The notes beneath the pieces are model-generated. The model did not search any database, was not told the origin of the DNA, and saw only the letters and a program-made list of their open reading frames with translations. Source: Chrysomallon squamiferum (taxonomy: Eukaryota; Animalia; Mollusca). From it: 64,000 nt of DNA. The position numbers and the translations under genes were made by a program. The DNA lies in contig CM022670.1 of the NCBI GenBank assembly GCA_012295275.1, positions 34,162,001-34,226,000 on the forward strand. The letters run 5' to 3'. Every line of letters starts with the position of its first letter. Positions within the stretch are counted from its first letter, which is position 1. Below, piece after piece: positions 1 to 13,665 of this stretch.

Positions 1-1055
1 CATCTCTGTCTTCATCGTCTACATTATTGTTTTCATCATCTATATATTTCCTTAATAACTACATAAGCAAATACTAATACCAATAGAAGTATTTACTTTC
101 CACTTAACTTTAGTCATAAATGACTGTTAATTTAAATAGAAAAATTCTTGACAGTTTACATGTAAGGCATATACTTTGCTGGGTGTATAATGCCTATTTT
201 TACGTATTAGCATATTTGAAAGGACTCAACAGATAACGATAATATTATTAAATGCCTAAATGCATAACTACCGGTAGTTGGTTTTCGCAATGTTGTTACT
301 ATCAACACTTTTTAAGAACAATCATCGTGTTAAATAAAATGAATATTTCCATTTAGACATTCACATATTTTATATAATAATTATAATGAAACTAAAATTC
401 AGTAGAAACAATTCTAATAAACAATGTACAGACATTTTTTTTTAAACAAAAATTCAGTTTCATCGAAAAATAGTAATATAAGAATTAATAAATAATTATA
501 AACAATGAGTATTCAAAATAAATAGAAATGTGTGTTTTAAGGTAATAATTTAAAAACCATATTTGCATTTTTAATGTGTGTTGTTTACGAGAATTAGTGA
601 TAACCTGAAAAATCAAAAAAAATAACCAAAACATAAAAGAAAAACAAACAATAACAAAAAGCAACTATAAACAAAAACAACAACAACAATAACAACAACT
701 ACTGCAACAGAAACGGAAATAAAAAAAAACAGAACAGAACAAACATTAATTAAGAAACTGGACAATATTAATAACGAAAAAGGTTAATCTGTTGTCGTCA
801 TTAGAATGACATACTGTGAGAACTGAACCAGTACGATCAAAGTACCGTACTAACTGAATTTGAGATAAAACAAACAGTTTGATTAGATGGGTGGCGTCAT
901 TAATTAGGAGTTGTGAATGTTGTCTCGATGGCATGAAACCACGTACAAAAACAAGATGAATCTACAGATTTTTTTGATTTTAAATAATCAGTTTCAATCG
1001 TTTAAATTGGCAGTTAAAATATATCTTATGTCTTATTTTGTGTTCGTTAGTATGT

Positions 1056-1108
<53 letters not shown>

Positions 1109-3057
1109 TTCAACATCCATTATCAACAATTATTAAACCAGAATAACCAACTATACAAATATTTCTAAAAATTACGTTGAAAAGAAAATGAAAATTAGCA
1201 AGAACCTTTTCCAGTAATAATGAAATCAGAACTGAAGCGAGCATTGAAGCCTGAATAATGATGAAGATGAAGATAATACTTGTAATAATAATAATAATAA
1301 TGATAATGATGATGATGATGATGATGATGATGGGACTTATAATAATGCCAACAGAATAACAAATAAAATAAAAGAAAATTAGAATTAGAAAAGATTATTG
1401 TTTAATTGGAATTATTATTTTTCGGTTCATGTTATTATTTTTATTATTATTATTATTTATGTTATATTTATCTATCTGCAACATCTGAAAAATAACATTT
1501 TTCTAAATGTAAACTTTGGACGTATATATATATGGGTTTTTTCTTCCGGGCAGACAAAAAAGAAACGGTCTGGTAAAAAAAATTTTTTTTAGTAAGTATG
1601 TATGTAAATATGTGTGTCAACAAATAAATTGCTGGTAGCTTGACTGTCAACAAGTATGTCCGGATTGAACAAGCGTTTTGCACTGTCAAACATGACAGAT
1701 GAACCGAAAACATGTGACGCCAGTGAACAGCGTCGACAACATTCTTTTTCTCTTTTTCTTTTCTTTATTTGTTGATGTTGGCAGAGTTTAAAGTCCCACA
1801 ATAAAATGTATGGAATTTTTTTTAGAAAATACAATTTCTAATAATAGAACAATTTGTTAGTGAAGGTGTTGGTGACGGTAGATTTAGTGGTTATTGTTAT
1901 AGTAGTTGTTGTGTTTCGTATTGTTATTGTAATAGTAGTAGTAGTGGTAGTTCTACCAATGGTCGTAATAGAGGTAACTGACATATTAGTAAAAGTAGTA
2001 AGTATAGTGAAGTAGTAATAGCAGTTGACGTAGTATTAGAGCAGCAGCAGTAGTAGAAGTAGTAGTAGAAGTAGTAATAGTAGTAATAGTAGTAGTAGCA
2101 GTTGTTAATGTCATAAAAGTATCAGCTTCAGTATATGCAAAAATGACAGTAGTAGTAATAATAGAAATATCGGTAAAACAGTTATAACTGTAGTAATAGT
2201 ATCAGCAATAACAATATGTTAGTAACTTAAAACATAGGCAATCAGTTTCTACCTTTTATTAACCGTTTTCTTTGACTGCAAAATAGATGAATTATTAACA
2301 TCATTGAACCACACTTTTACTTACTTCTATTACTACAATCAGCTTCAGTATCCCCAACATCGTTAGAATCTATACATCACTAGTACCATCATCCAGAGAT
2401 CCTTAAACCGTTAATTAGAAGCTATTCCTGCCACAGATCACTGTACTACAGCTTTCCTTTTTTTTGAAAAGTGGTATACAGCTTTACCACTTACTACAAT
2501 AAAAACAAAATCTTTATGTCTCGTTGTCTCTCTCTGTAAACGTGTGAACGGACAGAATGTCACCTCAAGAGAGTACTGGACCGAAGAAACCTCCCAATCA
2601 GTGACCAGTGGGTGGAACAAACAACTCCCCAGGTAGAAGAAGACAAAAAAAAATCCTATTACTGACGATTTTGCCAACTGGAATTTATGTTAGTTTTCAA
2701 TCAGGATATGTATTGTGTGTGCATCACGACTATCGATTTCAGGTGAGGTTTATTTTGTCCGTGTTCAAATAATTACTGCCAGACGCCTGTACAAGACCCC
2801 TCGTACAAACGAATGGTGATCGTTGTAAATGATGCCTATTATCTTTCTTTTCTCTGTGTGCAGATGTCTGAATAGTCTGTTTGTGTGTGGGTGTTAGTGT
2901 GTGTGTAAGAGAAGCAGAGAATGAAAGTTTATGTACGAGTGTCTGCGGGTCCATGGAATTCAGAAAATATATTCAGAAACAAAATATAAGTATAATTATA
3001 TCAAATCTGAAACAGAACAAGTATATTGGAATTCTCTCTTTATTTCACTCTCTTTCT

Positions 3058-3173
<116 letters not shown>

Positions 3174-4564
3174 AAAAAGAAACAATGTAAGTCTACAATA
3201 CATTTTATACTTTCTTTTCCATTTTAATTTGATTCCATCTAATAAAAAACAAAAAACAATAAAAAAATTACTTTAAATTACTTTTAATCCATAATTGGAC
3301 TAGAACTTGCCTTTTTCATTTACTAAAGGTACTTCGTTAATTTTTATTATATTTTATTTTCCTATATTTTGCTTCAAAACACTCAGTGTTAGTAAATCTG
3401 CTAACATTACTGAATTAGCTGATATCGTACTTGTCTGTCTGCTGGAGACCTGAATTAGTTCAGTGTGCTATATAATCATTTACGTAACTGCTTCTTGAAC
3501 TCTCCATAACTCCAGAAGTCATCTGTATTCAAAGTCCATCTACTGTAGGAAGATAAGCGAGCAGACATCATTATTATTACTTTTGTCATTAAAACTGTTC
3601 ATTCGTGAAAGTAACGGATTATTTATTATAAGACACTTAATTTTATATTTAAGAAATAATTTGAAAAATCCATTATGCATGTCCAAAACCTGAATCTTGT
3701 CATGGACATTTTTGCGAAGGCATATATACTGCAGTCGTGTTATTTTACACAGGAAAATATTTCGTGACCTTTAACTTTTACAATATTTCTATTTTTCTGT
3801 TTAATAGCTCTAAATCTTTCATAAATTCTGGATGGTTTGTATGTTTTTGTCATATGGCTTTATCATTAAACTTTCTTTTTGAAACATCAAAGTGATTTTT
3901 AAATATATAATCTGTCTTTTTTCTGGTCTTTGAAAGAAGAAAAAATATGATGTATACAGAGAATGATCATTAAAACCTCAGTTGGCAATGATTAAACCAT
4001 AGACACGTGCATCATCCATTTCTAACATTCAGTTAATGATGTGTCTGAAAAAGCCCTAAATGACTGGTACTGAAAGTGTTTAATAAAGTACAAACAAAAA
4101 TTACCCACTGGACACCTACTGGTCTCTGATTAAGTAACATTTACTTACACAAAGACTGTTTCTTTACTTCACAGGTCTTGGCGGTTTCTTTGAATAGAAG
4201 TTGCATCATCACTTGCTAAAGCTGTAACCGTGAAAAACATAATTACGGCTTTGTTGTCTTAGTTTTGTTAAGGTTGTTATATATAAAAGGGAAACTAATT
4301 TGTTAAATAAGCACACACTTACGAGTGTATAGATATAATTTAATCAACTGATGGTGTTGAACTACCTTATAATGTTTGTGTATACTTGTGACTGAAGAAT
4401 ATTTTTATGTTCTCCTGTAAAATATCATTTCTATCATGATTATTGATTCCCAGTGACAATTCTTTACAAGAAATAAGATAAAGCGGAAATCTTTTTTCAA
4501 TCATGATTAGAACAGTTGTTAATTAAAATTAAAATTAATAATTAAAATTTAATTTAATTTAATT

Positions 4565-4627
<63 letters not shown>

Positions 4628-4973
4628 TCATGAAACCATGAGAGTAAATCAGCTGTACTAATACTAATTTTATGTACCTTCTCATGGGTAGGAACCCTTT
4701 AACAATAGATGGAACGACAAATAACCCAAAAGGCACACCGAGGCAGGTATTGAACTCACATTCTACCCATCATGCCCCAGGCTACCCGTTATACCTCACG
4801 TACCAATCATGCACCACCAAAGACTACCCATAATGCTTCACACTACCCGTCATGCCTCACACAAATGATCAGGCCTCGCTACCAAATGATGCATCAACAT
4901 GCTCATCATGCCTGAGGCTGCATTCATATCATGAACTACGACTGTATTTTATCCACTGAGCTGAGTTTCTGCC
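4565..4973 (-). mobile_element. tRNA-derived SINE-like element with internal minisatellite and (TAAA)n tail
   Basis: On the minus strand: A-box-like TCAGCTCAGTGG (4964-4953), B-box-like GTTCAATACC (4755-4746), a unique ~110-nt body, then an (ATAA)n tail at 4627-4565. Confidence 0.6.
4761..4935. repeat. Degenerate ~19-20 bp minisatellite (consensus about CTACCCATCATGCCTCACA), roughly 8-9 copies
   Basis: Units such as ctacccatcatgccccag, ctacccataatgcttcaca and ctacccgtcatgcctcaca are directly visible. Confidence 0.8.
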
Positions 4974-5510
4974 TAATGCTATGTGCAATTATTGCCTTTA
5001 TTGGTCGTTAGTTAAAACGACTTTGACATTTGTATACATTAATAATGTATGTTAATAGTAAATAATAAAGTCGTTTCGGTTCACACAAATTGGATTTACG
5101 TCGGAGCTTTATTTCAGGTGCAGTTATTATGGACAGGAAATGTAGCTGTTATGGGTACGCTTTATGACAGTCTACTCCAAAGTGCAGAAATAAAATAATA
5201 TAAAATCTCCCGTTCGTCCTTCCTTATCGGAATAACTCTGATTTTTTAAATTTATTTATTTATTTATTATTATTATTATTATTTTTTTTTATATTATTAT
5301 TATTATTATTATTATTTTTTTTTTTTTTTTTGCAAGAACAAAAAAGCAAAAAACAAACAAACAAACAAATAAATAAATTAAAATAAAAATAAAATTAAAA
5401 TTAAAAAAAAAAAATGATTTAAAAAAATGTTAATAATATCAGACATTATTATATTAGCCATTTTTTATGTTATGATTCTTTTTTTTTTATTATTATTATT
5501 ATTGATATTA

Positions 5511-5585
<75 letters not shown>

Positions 5586-5897
5586 TTTAAATACTAGTGA
5601 TAACAGATGCGGATACCTTTCGTTCAACGATATAAAACCGAGACAAACGTTATATAGATACACAGCGGGTAGTGCTGTGAAGAACGGTTAATTACTTAAC
5701 GAACATTTACTATTGGTTTTCCCTATAAAATTAAAAATTCCAGTGAATGCAGTGAAACTGGGTGAGGGTCGATGGTGGGAAATTTCTTATGTGATGACGG
5801 ATTTTTGTCATTTTAATGACAGCGAGATGGCCCACTTTGGAAGGTGTAGAAATTCAGGCTAAAGCAATCAGTCCTAGACTTGTTCTTTAAAAAAGAT

Positions 5898-5953
<56 letters not shown>

Positions 5954-6215
5954 GAAGAAAAAATAGAATACAGTTATGAAAAAAGAAAAATAAGATTAAT
6001 TTATGACTGCGTATGATTCCTTTTTTAAATTTATTGTAATCTCTATTAATTTATTTATTATCATTATCGTTATAAATTCTTTATAATTTCTTTGAGATAA
6101 CAGATTTAACTTTCCAATTATCCAGTGATACAGCAATATTCCTTTATTTCTCCATATTCAGAATGAAATACATCTCCACTATTTAAATATTACTGTTACT
6201 GATAGTACTACTGAT

Positions 6216-6221
<6 letters not shown>

Positions 6222-6267
<46 letters not shown>

Positions 6268-6290
6268 TTACTACTACTACTACTACTACT
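6222..6290. repeat. (TAC)n microsatellite
   Basis: Near-pure trinucleotide run. Confidence 0.95.
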
Positions 6291-6360
6291 AATAAATAAA
6301 TAAATTGGTTATTAAATAAATAAATAATGATTAAACTTCATTACAATAAAACATATAATG

Positions 6361-6393
<33 letters not shown>

Positions 6394-6702
6394 CCAATTC
6401 TGATATCGGTTATAATTTATAGCATAATGTTTAATTATTATACAAACACTATCTTGCTTAGACAAAATATTAAAGGGAGATAAATATGATGCACTTATCA
6501 AGAAACTAAGGACGAGTAATTGCCCTTTAAGGTTTAAACGCTGAACGAAATAAATAATGATTTTTCATCAGAAAATATAAAGTAAGATGACAAAAATTGT
6601 CTTTATCATTATCATAAACAGTAAATAACAATAACATTAGCGGTAGTATTAGTAATAATAGTAATGATATTAAAAAAATAAATAATTAAACAAACAAATA
6701 AA

Positions 6703-6825
6703 TATGGTAATACCTCGGTTTTACGGGATGTAATTGGTTCCAAATTTCCGATTGTTAAGAGAGGTATTGTTAAGCGGGAGTCTAATTTACATAGAATTAA
6801 GGTTAAAAACAGTGGTTACGTTCTA
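6703..6825 (+). mobile_element. Possible decayed Tc1/mariner-pogo (Tigger-like) transposon end
   Basis: TA-TGGTAATACCTCGGTTTTACG...TAATTGGTTCC resembles TA-CAGT..TACCTCG Tigger-type termini from memory. No matching second TIR found. Confidence 0.3.
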
Positions 6826-7634
6826 CCTGATGAGATGTGACAAAAAAAAAAAAAATGTTAAATAAGGAGAAATAAAAGGGCAGTTTAGACATGAATGATT
6901 TAATAGATCATAGATATTAAACAAACAGTAAATCATTTACAAATCAGTTTATACAAACAGATTAAGAAATAATTATATGCCGCTGTTTGTGGGTTCATTT
7001 TTTTTTGTGGGTTTTGTGTTCATATAAGATATCGTATTTTGTTTCTAGAGTTATTTTCTTCCGTTTCTTTTTATCATCAGCATTTGCCGGTGTCCTTTTC
7101 TAACAACACTTCTTCATAGTCAGAACTCATAATACAATTACTGATTATATTCATAAGTGGCAGACATTGTTTTGACGCTATTAATTCAATTAGCTATTAG
7201 AAAACAATTGTTTCACTGACTTTATGCATGATTATTTAGTTTTGAGAAGTGTCATTTATTTAAAACACATCGATAGACGAGGATTCTTTTTTTTTTAATT
7301 TCATTTTGTCACATAATCTTAGTATTTCTGTTATCTTCATCATAATATATGTTCTCGTGATCATGGGATTATTGTCGTCATCATAAGTGTTATTTCAATT
7401 TTACACTGTTTTCACAGATTATTTATATAATTGTACTGAATAACTGTTTTTCATTTGTATCTGTTCTAGAAGGTAGATAGATGGTTTATCAATTTAGAAG
7501 AACAGGACTTTTTATTTTATTTTTATTTTTATTTTTTTTCAGACAACCGCAGTCTACAAGACCAAGACATTAATATTAAAAGTGAAATGTTAGGATGATT
7601 TAGTTTTGTTTTGGATTTGTTGTTCGTGATATTT

Positions 7635-7825
7635 AGTAATAATTAATATAAAAGTAAAAGGATGTTAACCATGGGTTATGTTTTGTACATTATTTTTATT
7701 TAAAAAAATAATATAATAATAATTTGAATATAACAAAGAAAAATTAATTAATTAAATTGAAAGTGAAAGGATATTAAACATCAATTAGTGTTTTGTAACA
7801 TTATTTTTAATTAAAAATAATAATA
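7635..7825. repeat. Degenerate ~105-110 bp tandem duplication
   Basis: aaagtaaaaggatgttaaccat...tgttttgtacattattttta is repeated as aaagtgaaaggatattaaacat...tgttttgtaacattattttta. Confidence 0.7.
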
Positions 7826-8014
7826 ATACCATATATAGTATAGGACCAATTTTTTAATTATTATTATTAATTTAGATAACAATTTAGAAACCCTATAATA
7901 ATGTTTCTCAGTAATAACACGAATACACATACACATACATCAGCACAAATAAGTTAAGTTCTTCCTTTCGTTTTGACCTTAAATTAATTAAAATATCGCC
8001 TTTTTTTTAATTTT

Positions 8015-8295
8015 GATATTCGAATATTGATCGTTTGATTCAACTTGAAACTAATGAAGAAATGCATACAATTAAAATAATATATTTATTTTTAACAGAT
8101 TCCAGTACTATTCATATGCTTCAGATTTTAAAATAATGAAGAAATACACTGGATTAAAATATTTGCTTTTTAGAGATTCGAATACCAATCCTTAGCTGTA
8201 AATTTGAAAGTAATGACGAAATTAAAAATATTTAGATATCAGAATACCGGTAATTTATTCCAAGTTCTACGTTAAAGGAGAAATATACTGGATGT
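8015..8295. repeat. Degenerate ~60-80 bp tandem repeat, ~4 copies
   Basis: Recurring gat(a)ttcgaatac...ttgaaa.taatgaagaaat...attaaaata blocks. Confidence 0.65.
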
Positions 8296-9118
8296 CACAT
8301 CTAAACAAGATTCACCAGACGCGTCAGTTTTCACCGAAATGTCATGACATGACTGTGCCACGCACTAACCTCGCCGACTGAAAGTCATAAAACTGTGCAG
8401 TATGTTGCTATTCCGAGTACTGACACGTTACTAATAAGCTCTCAATAACTGTCATTAATTCCCCACCAAACAAGAACTCGCAACCGACAATGAACATCGT
8501 CTTCAGCAATTGTTAAAATCAAATTAAGTAATTGAAGGGAAAATTAATGGCTGCGATCGAAAGCCGATTTCCATTATGGCTGCGAACATTGAACGACCCT
8601 TCGCATAGAGGTTTACAAGTCCTCGCTCGTCCTCCAATTATAATGTTTGTATTGTGGTGTACGTGTGTGCGCTACTTGAAACAGTCAAACTGACCAGAGA
8701 CAGGTCCGGTGTCATCATGTCCGTTGGTCATCTTGGTCGTTACGGCAGCTCAGTGGTCAGTCGGTGGTCGGGTCCCTGTTGAGGTTGGTTGGCGTGTGGT
8801 GAAGTTTAATCTTTAAGGAAAAGAATTTAAAAATATAATTCTGTTAATATTTATATATTTTTAAAACCTTTTACTTAAAGATTATTTACTAAAAAATTAT
8901 ATTTAAACTGAAGCTACTAAAAATTCTGTTACGAAAGCTGATGCAAATAAAAACTAAGGTGATTGCAGTATAATTCTAATAGTTAAAAACTTTAAGTCCA
9001 CAAATAAATGCTGTTATCCATAAATATATGATATATTATTAAGTTTAATTCATAGTATCCAGCTAATAATAATGGCTGTTGCCATTACTGCTCATAATGA
9101 TAATGATAATAATAATAA

Positions 9119-9119
<1 letters not shown>

Positions 9120-9149
<30 letters not shown>

Positions 9150-9222
9150 AAGAAGAAGAAGAAGAAGAAGAAGAACAAGAAGAAGAGGAAGAACAAGAAC
9201 AAGAACAAGAACAAGAACAAGA
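9120..9222. repeat. (AGA)n grading into (AGAACA)n
   Basis: Direct inspection. Confidence 0.95.
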
Positions 9223-10213
9223 CTAAGACGAAGAGAAGAAACAAATGAAACAGAATTAAAAGATGTCTGTTTAACTTCTTTCATATCCAGAAGCCAAGTT
9301 ATTTTTTGTTGGCCTGTCTTTAAACATTCATTTTATTTATGCAGCATAAGAACAGTTAGTTGTAATGTAGGTCTACATAATTAATAAATATAAACTGAAC
9401 CAACAAATAACAAATAACAGAGAAAAAACAATAAACAACAAAATTAACGAAAACGTCTAGAACTTTTGATTATGAGATTAATTGCATTATATTAATTAAA
9501 AACCAATAAAAGCCAATTTCCAAATCCACATCCCTATTTTGGCCTTTTTTTTTTTTTTTTTTTTTTGATTGACAGTGACCACTGTCCGGAAACAGACTGA
9601 CCAGAGACAACGTGTGAGAGCCACGTGCCAGGTGACGTCAAAGTTACAGTTACGCCAAATGAATTGTTGCTAAGACACTGGTGGGGGTGGTCGCTATGGT
9701 TAAAGCTCTTGTTATTGAATCTAGTTCGTACCCGCTCCAGTCGTGAACTGTACACCCAGTACTGCTGTGTTTTTACTACAGCTTGCTGTTGAATACCAGG
9801 AAATCTGGGACATGATTTATAAAATAATTATTAGTGTTTGCCATGTGGAGTATTCAGCTGGATAATAAATTACGTAAGATTTAGTCAAATATCCTAACGC
9901 GGTGGTAAGCGCATTTGGTGGGTCTACTCTCTCGTAATATATTGGTTTTGTTCTGCAAACAAATCTAACGGTATAATTAAAAGATAGGTGAAGTGTTTGC
10001 CTTCACAGAAACTAGGGCTAGGGTGGGGATAAGGTATTGGAAGTTTCTGGTTGGGTGGGGGCTTTGTGTCTTTTTTTTTTTGGGGTTGTTTTGTGGGTTT
10101 TTCAAAACCAAAATAAAAATAAAAATAATTAAAAAATAAAAATAAAAACACCCCCAAAAACTAACAAATATATTTATATAACTGAAAGTATATTATTTAT
10201 TTATTTATTTATT

Positions 10214-10256
<43 letters not shown>

Positions 10257-10709
10257 CAATAATAATAATAATAATTGTTATTGTTACTGTTATTGTTAAT
10301 GCTATTATTTATTATTTATTTATGTTTTCTTTTATTTGATTATTTAATTTATTTTTTGCGAAATTATTTTCAGAAATATTTAATTCACTTGAGAGCTTAA
10401 TAAACTAATTTAAATATACACAAGCTACAGTTCGTGTAATTTATACTTTACTCTTATTCTAAATATTGATACTTTTTATTTACTTTTTATATTAAATATC
10501 AATATGTTTTATTACAGATATTAATTCTTAGAGACGTAATTTCTCAAGAGCCTTTATATAATATATTCTACAATAAATATTAAATAATAATCTTTTCTTC
10601 TTCTTTTTTATTATTTCTTTCTGTTTGTTCTTTGTTAAAGTTCACAATATTTTAGTAAATCTTAACGACACAAATGTATACTTAAATCCATACTATTACT
10701 TTTAATAAC

Positions 10710-10753
<44 letters not shown>

Positions 10754-12023
10754 CACATAATTCTCGACAATGTTGGGTTTCGGAATATAAATTTTAAGGG
10801 ATTTAAAGGAAGACGTATTTTTTCAACCTTAAATTAAAGAAAAAAGAAAACGGAAAGAAAGAAATGAAAAGAAAGTATCGACAGTAAAGAAAAGCTTACG
10901 GCAAATAATGTGAAATTATTAAATTAGTTTTGAGGGTGTTGAGTAGTGGAAAGAATGCCTCCATCGCCTCCGCAATTTCTCGATTTACAAAGCTTTGCTC
11001 TACCTATCAATTTCCTAACACGTGGCTGCTATTACGTTTCGCTGACAATAACGTACTTAAAGTTGTTCTTTATTTGATAAACCGGTGCACGACCTGGTCA
11101 TGTTATATCACGTATTATTCGTGTCACCCGTGCAATTATCTATTGATATCGTAATCATCAGATACAGGACCAGTCGACAGTCATCGTCTCGGTCGCGTTC
11201 GTTTGACGCCTTCGTCAGTAATTCAAGTAATTATGTAATTCAGATTTCCTGAACTATCTCGCAGAGGCCTAGCTGGTATTCTTCTTATTTCATCCAGTGA
11301 CAGTATTAATTAATATAAAACTGTGAATACTTATATATATGCAAATAAAATATTTTATCGTTACGTTAAAGTCGCCGACATCCAGTCAAAGAGTCAAAAG
11401 AAAGGCACGTGCAGACTAAAAGGGTGTATATTTTGTCAGAAAGTTGAAATTGAATTAAAGGCTTCTTGGGCGTAATGTTGGCTTTAGTTAATTATGTGAT
11501 TGACATCTGAATAAGAATAATGCTGAAATAATCAACAGGCCATCGTAATAATAGTTTCAGCTTTGACTCTTTTGAAAACTAGAAACCGAAAACATCCCAT
11601 CTCCCGAAATATCATTGGCTGTTAAATATATTTTGTGCCTAACAAACTCGCACATATTTAGGTACAGAGAGACAATCAGTCCATCAGTCCATAATACATC
11701 CTTTCATACATCGGCCTGTACGTACTTTCTCCGATATAAACATAATATATTAATAAGTACACGTCTGCATATATAAATATGTGTATCGTATGCATTCAAT
11801 CATAAATACATTTATACACACATACACACATACATATATACATATATACATATACAAACATACACACAGACATACGCACATACATACAAACCTACATACA
11901 TTATTTACATCATATATATATACGTACGTACATACATACATACATACATATATACTTATGTGCATATGTGAGATAGAAATATTTACACAAAACAGACCAC
12001 AACAAAACGATTGAAAAGCTCAG

Positions 12024-12029
12024 TTTATT
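12024..12029 (-). terminator. Candidate gcm polyadenylation signal AATAAA
   Basis: About 480 nt past the stop and followed on the minus strand by a long TG/TATG-rich tract (11770-11990). Other AATAAA copies exist, e.g. ~12425. Confidence 0.4.
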
Positions 12030-12290
12030 TCAAAATAAACATGCAGTAAATTGTGCACTTACAAAACAAAACAGAACACATTAATAATCTTTGACTCATT
12101 ATAACGTATTGCTTTCGCCCGGGTTTGTAAATATAAATAAATACCAATATATTATTGCAGTTATGAACATATCACTCGCACGCAGACACGCACAAACGCA
12201 TACATAAATACATTTTTACAAACTAGTCATATTTTTGTAAGTACATATTGCCATTGTATATAGAAAAGAATGTTTTCTTCAAAACAAAAC

Positions 12291-12325
<35 letters not shown>

Positions 12326-12505
12326 TATATATATATTAATAAATAAAAATTGTCGCACCAGTATATGAAAATAATTTGTTTGTGATATGTTTTGTCACAC
12401 ATAAATAGTAAAGTATGTCAAGTTTTTATTGTGAAAGATTATGCCATTCAGCAAAATAATTGTATAACTGTCGCAGTTTTCACTTGACTTAGCATCACAC
12501 TTATA

Positions 12506-13665
12506 TTATTTATATGTCAGTGTGATGTTTATGCTGTGGTTGCACAGTTGTTGTTTGTTAGGTACTGGGTACTGCTGCGGCACCTGTCTTTGCTGACAGT
12601 CACCATAGTAACGAGCATATCTCGAAATGTCACTCTGCGAATAAGCAGCATTTGGGTAAGTATTACGACTGGTTGGCTGTCTAATGACGTCATTGTTGTG
12701 AAAAGAGCTGGAGCCGTTTATCGTCGATATTTCACTGGGTTCTCGAAATCGATTCCACAAACCTTCGACATCTTTATTTGAGTTCGTGTTCGTCTGCAGC
12801 ACATCGAACGCGGTCTTCGGCGGCTCGTTTGAATGGAAATGCTGAACGGGTTTCAGCTCTTCCAGTTTTCCAGGAGGCGTCAGAGGAACTCCGTACGACT
12901 GGTTGACAAACTGATCCTGACTTCGATTAGTCGAAGATGGAGGATCTGTCTTTGACTGGTCGTCACAGTGCAAAGACAACAGCTTCTCGGCGCACTGCAG
13001 AAAACTGTAATCAGAGTTTGACCGCGAATCGAACTTGACTTGGCTAGCACACGATTCTGAAAAGAAGTCGCTTGGGACGGAAGAGCGCGGTCGACCGCAC
13101 CACGACGACGTGTTGTCAGAAGGAGTCTCCGTCTTAATCCACTGGCTGGAACTTCTGGACGACTCGGCGCTCAGAAAGTCGTCAAAACGCGTGTAGCCGC
13201 TACACACTGGGTGATCGTGTTGAGTCGGAATAAACGCGATGTTTCGAGAATCCACGGCAGAATCAGCGGCAGAATCTAACAACACAGACTTGCCGTCTTG
13301 TTTCTGAAACATTCCACTGTCATCCCTCTGTCGAAACGGCGGCTCGAAAAGAGCGTTGAGTCCCAGATGATGCGATGACGCTCCTTGCGAAGACGAACAA
13401 GACACAGATATTGATGGAGCTGCTGTGTGAGGTAAATAGCGGGTGTCCTCCGGGTAGGGGAGTGACCCGTGACTGCGAAATACGGAGCTCTGCTGGTGAG
13501 GACAGTGGCTGATGCTCTCCGTGTTGTTGATGTTGATCTGTGTGATGCAGGCGGGAGGCTGGAAGGAATCGTTGAAAATGTCGCAAGTGGGTAAAAATCC
13601 TTTGTACGGCCTTGACTTGGAGCAGGTGCATTCAAACGGTGGACAAGAACACATGGCGTCAGTTC
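12506..13665 (-). CDS. gcm: gcm terminal coding exon (Ser/Pro/Gln-rich, probable transactivation region)
   Basis: TTTTATTTTCAG|GA acceptor; 1160 nt open frame corresponding to the 3' part of the 429-aa ORF; CpG-rich codon usage. Confidence 0.9.

Noticed and set aside
8015-8295. Repeat-spacer-like periodicity (also 4761-4935 and 32545-32680) considered as CRISPR-like
   Set aside because: Units are degenerate tandem copies without unique spacers, there are no cas genes, and the context is eukaryotic.
8744-8790. A-box-like GCAGCTCAGTGGTCAG (also TAACGCGGTGGTAAGCGC near 9895) as tRNA genes
   Set aside because: No B box at a suitable distance and no cloverleaf.
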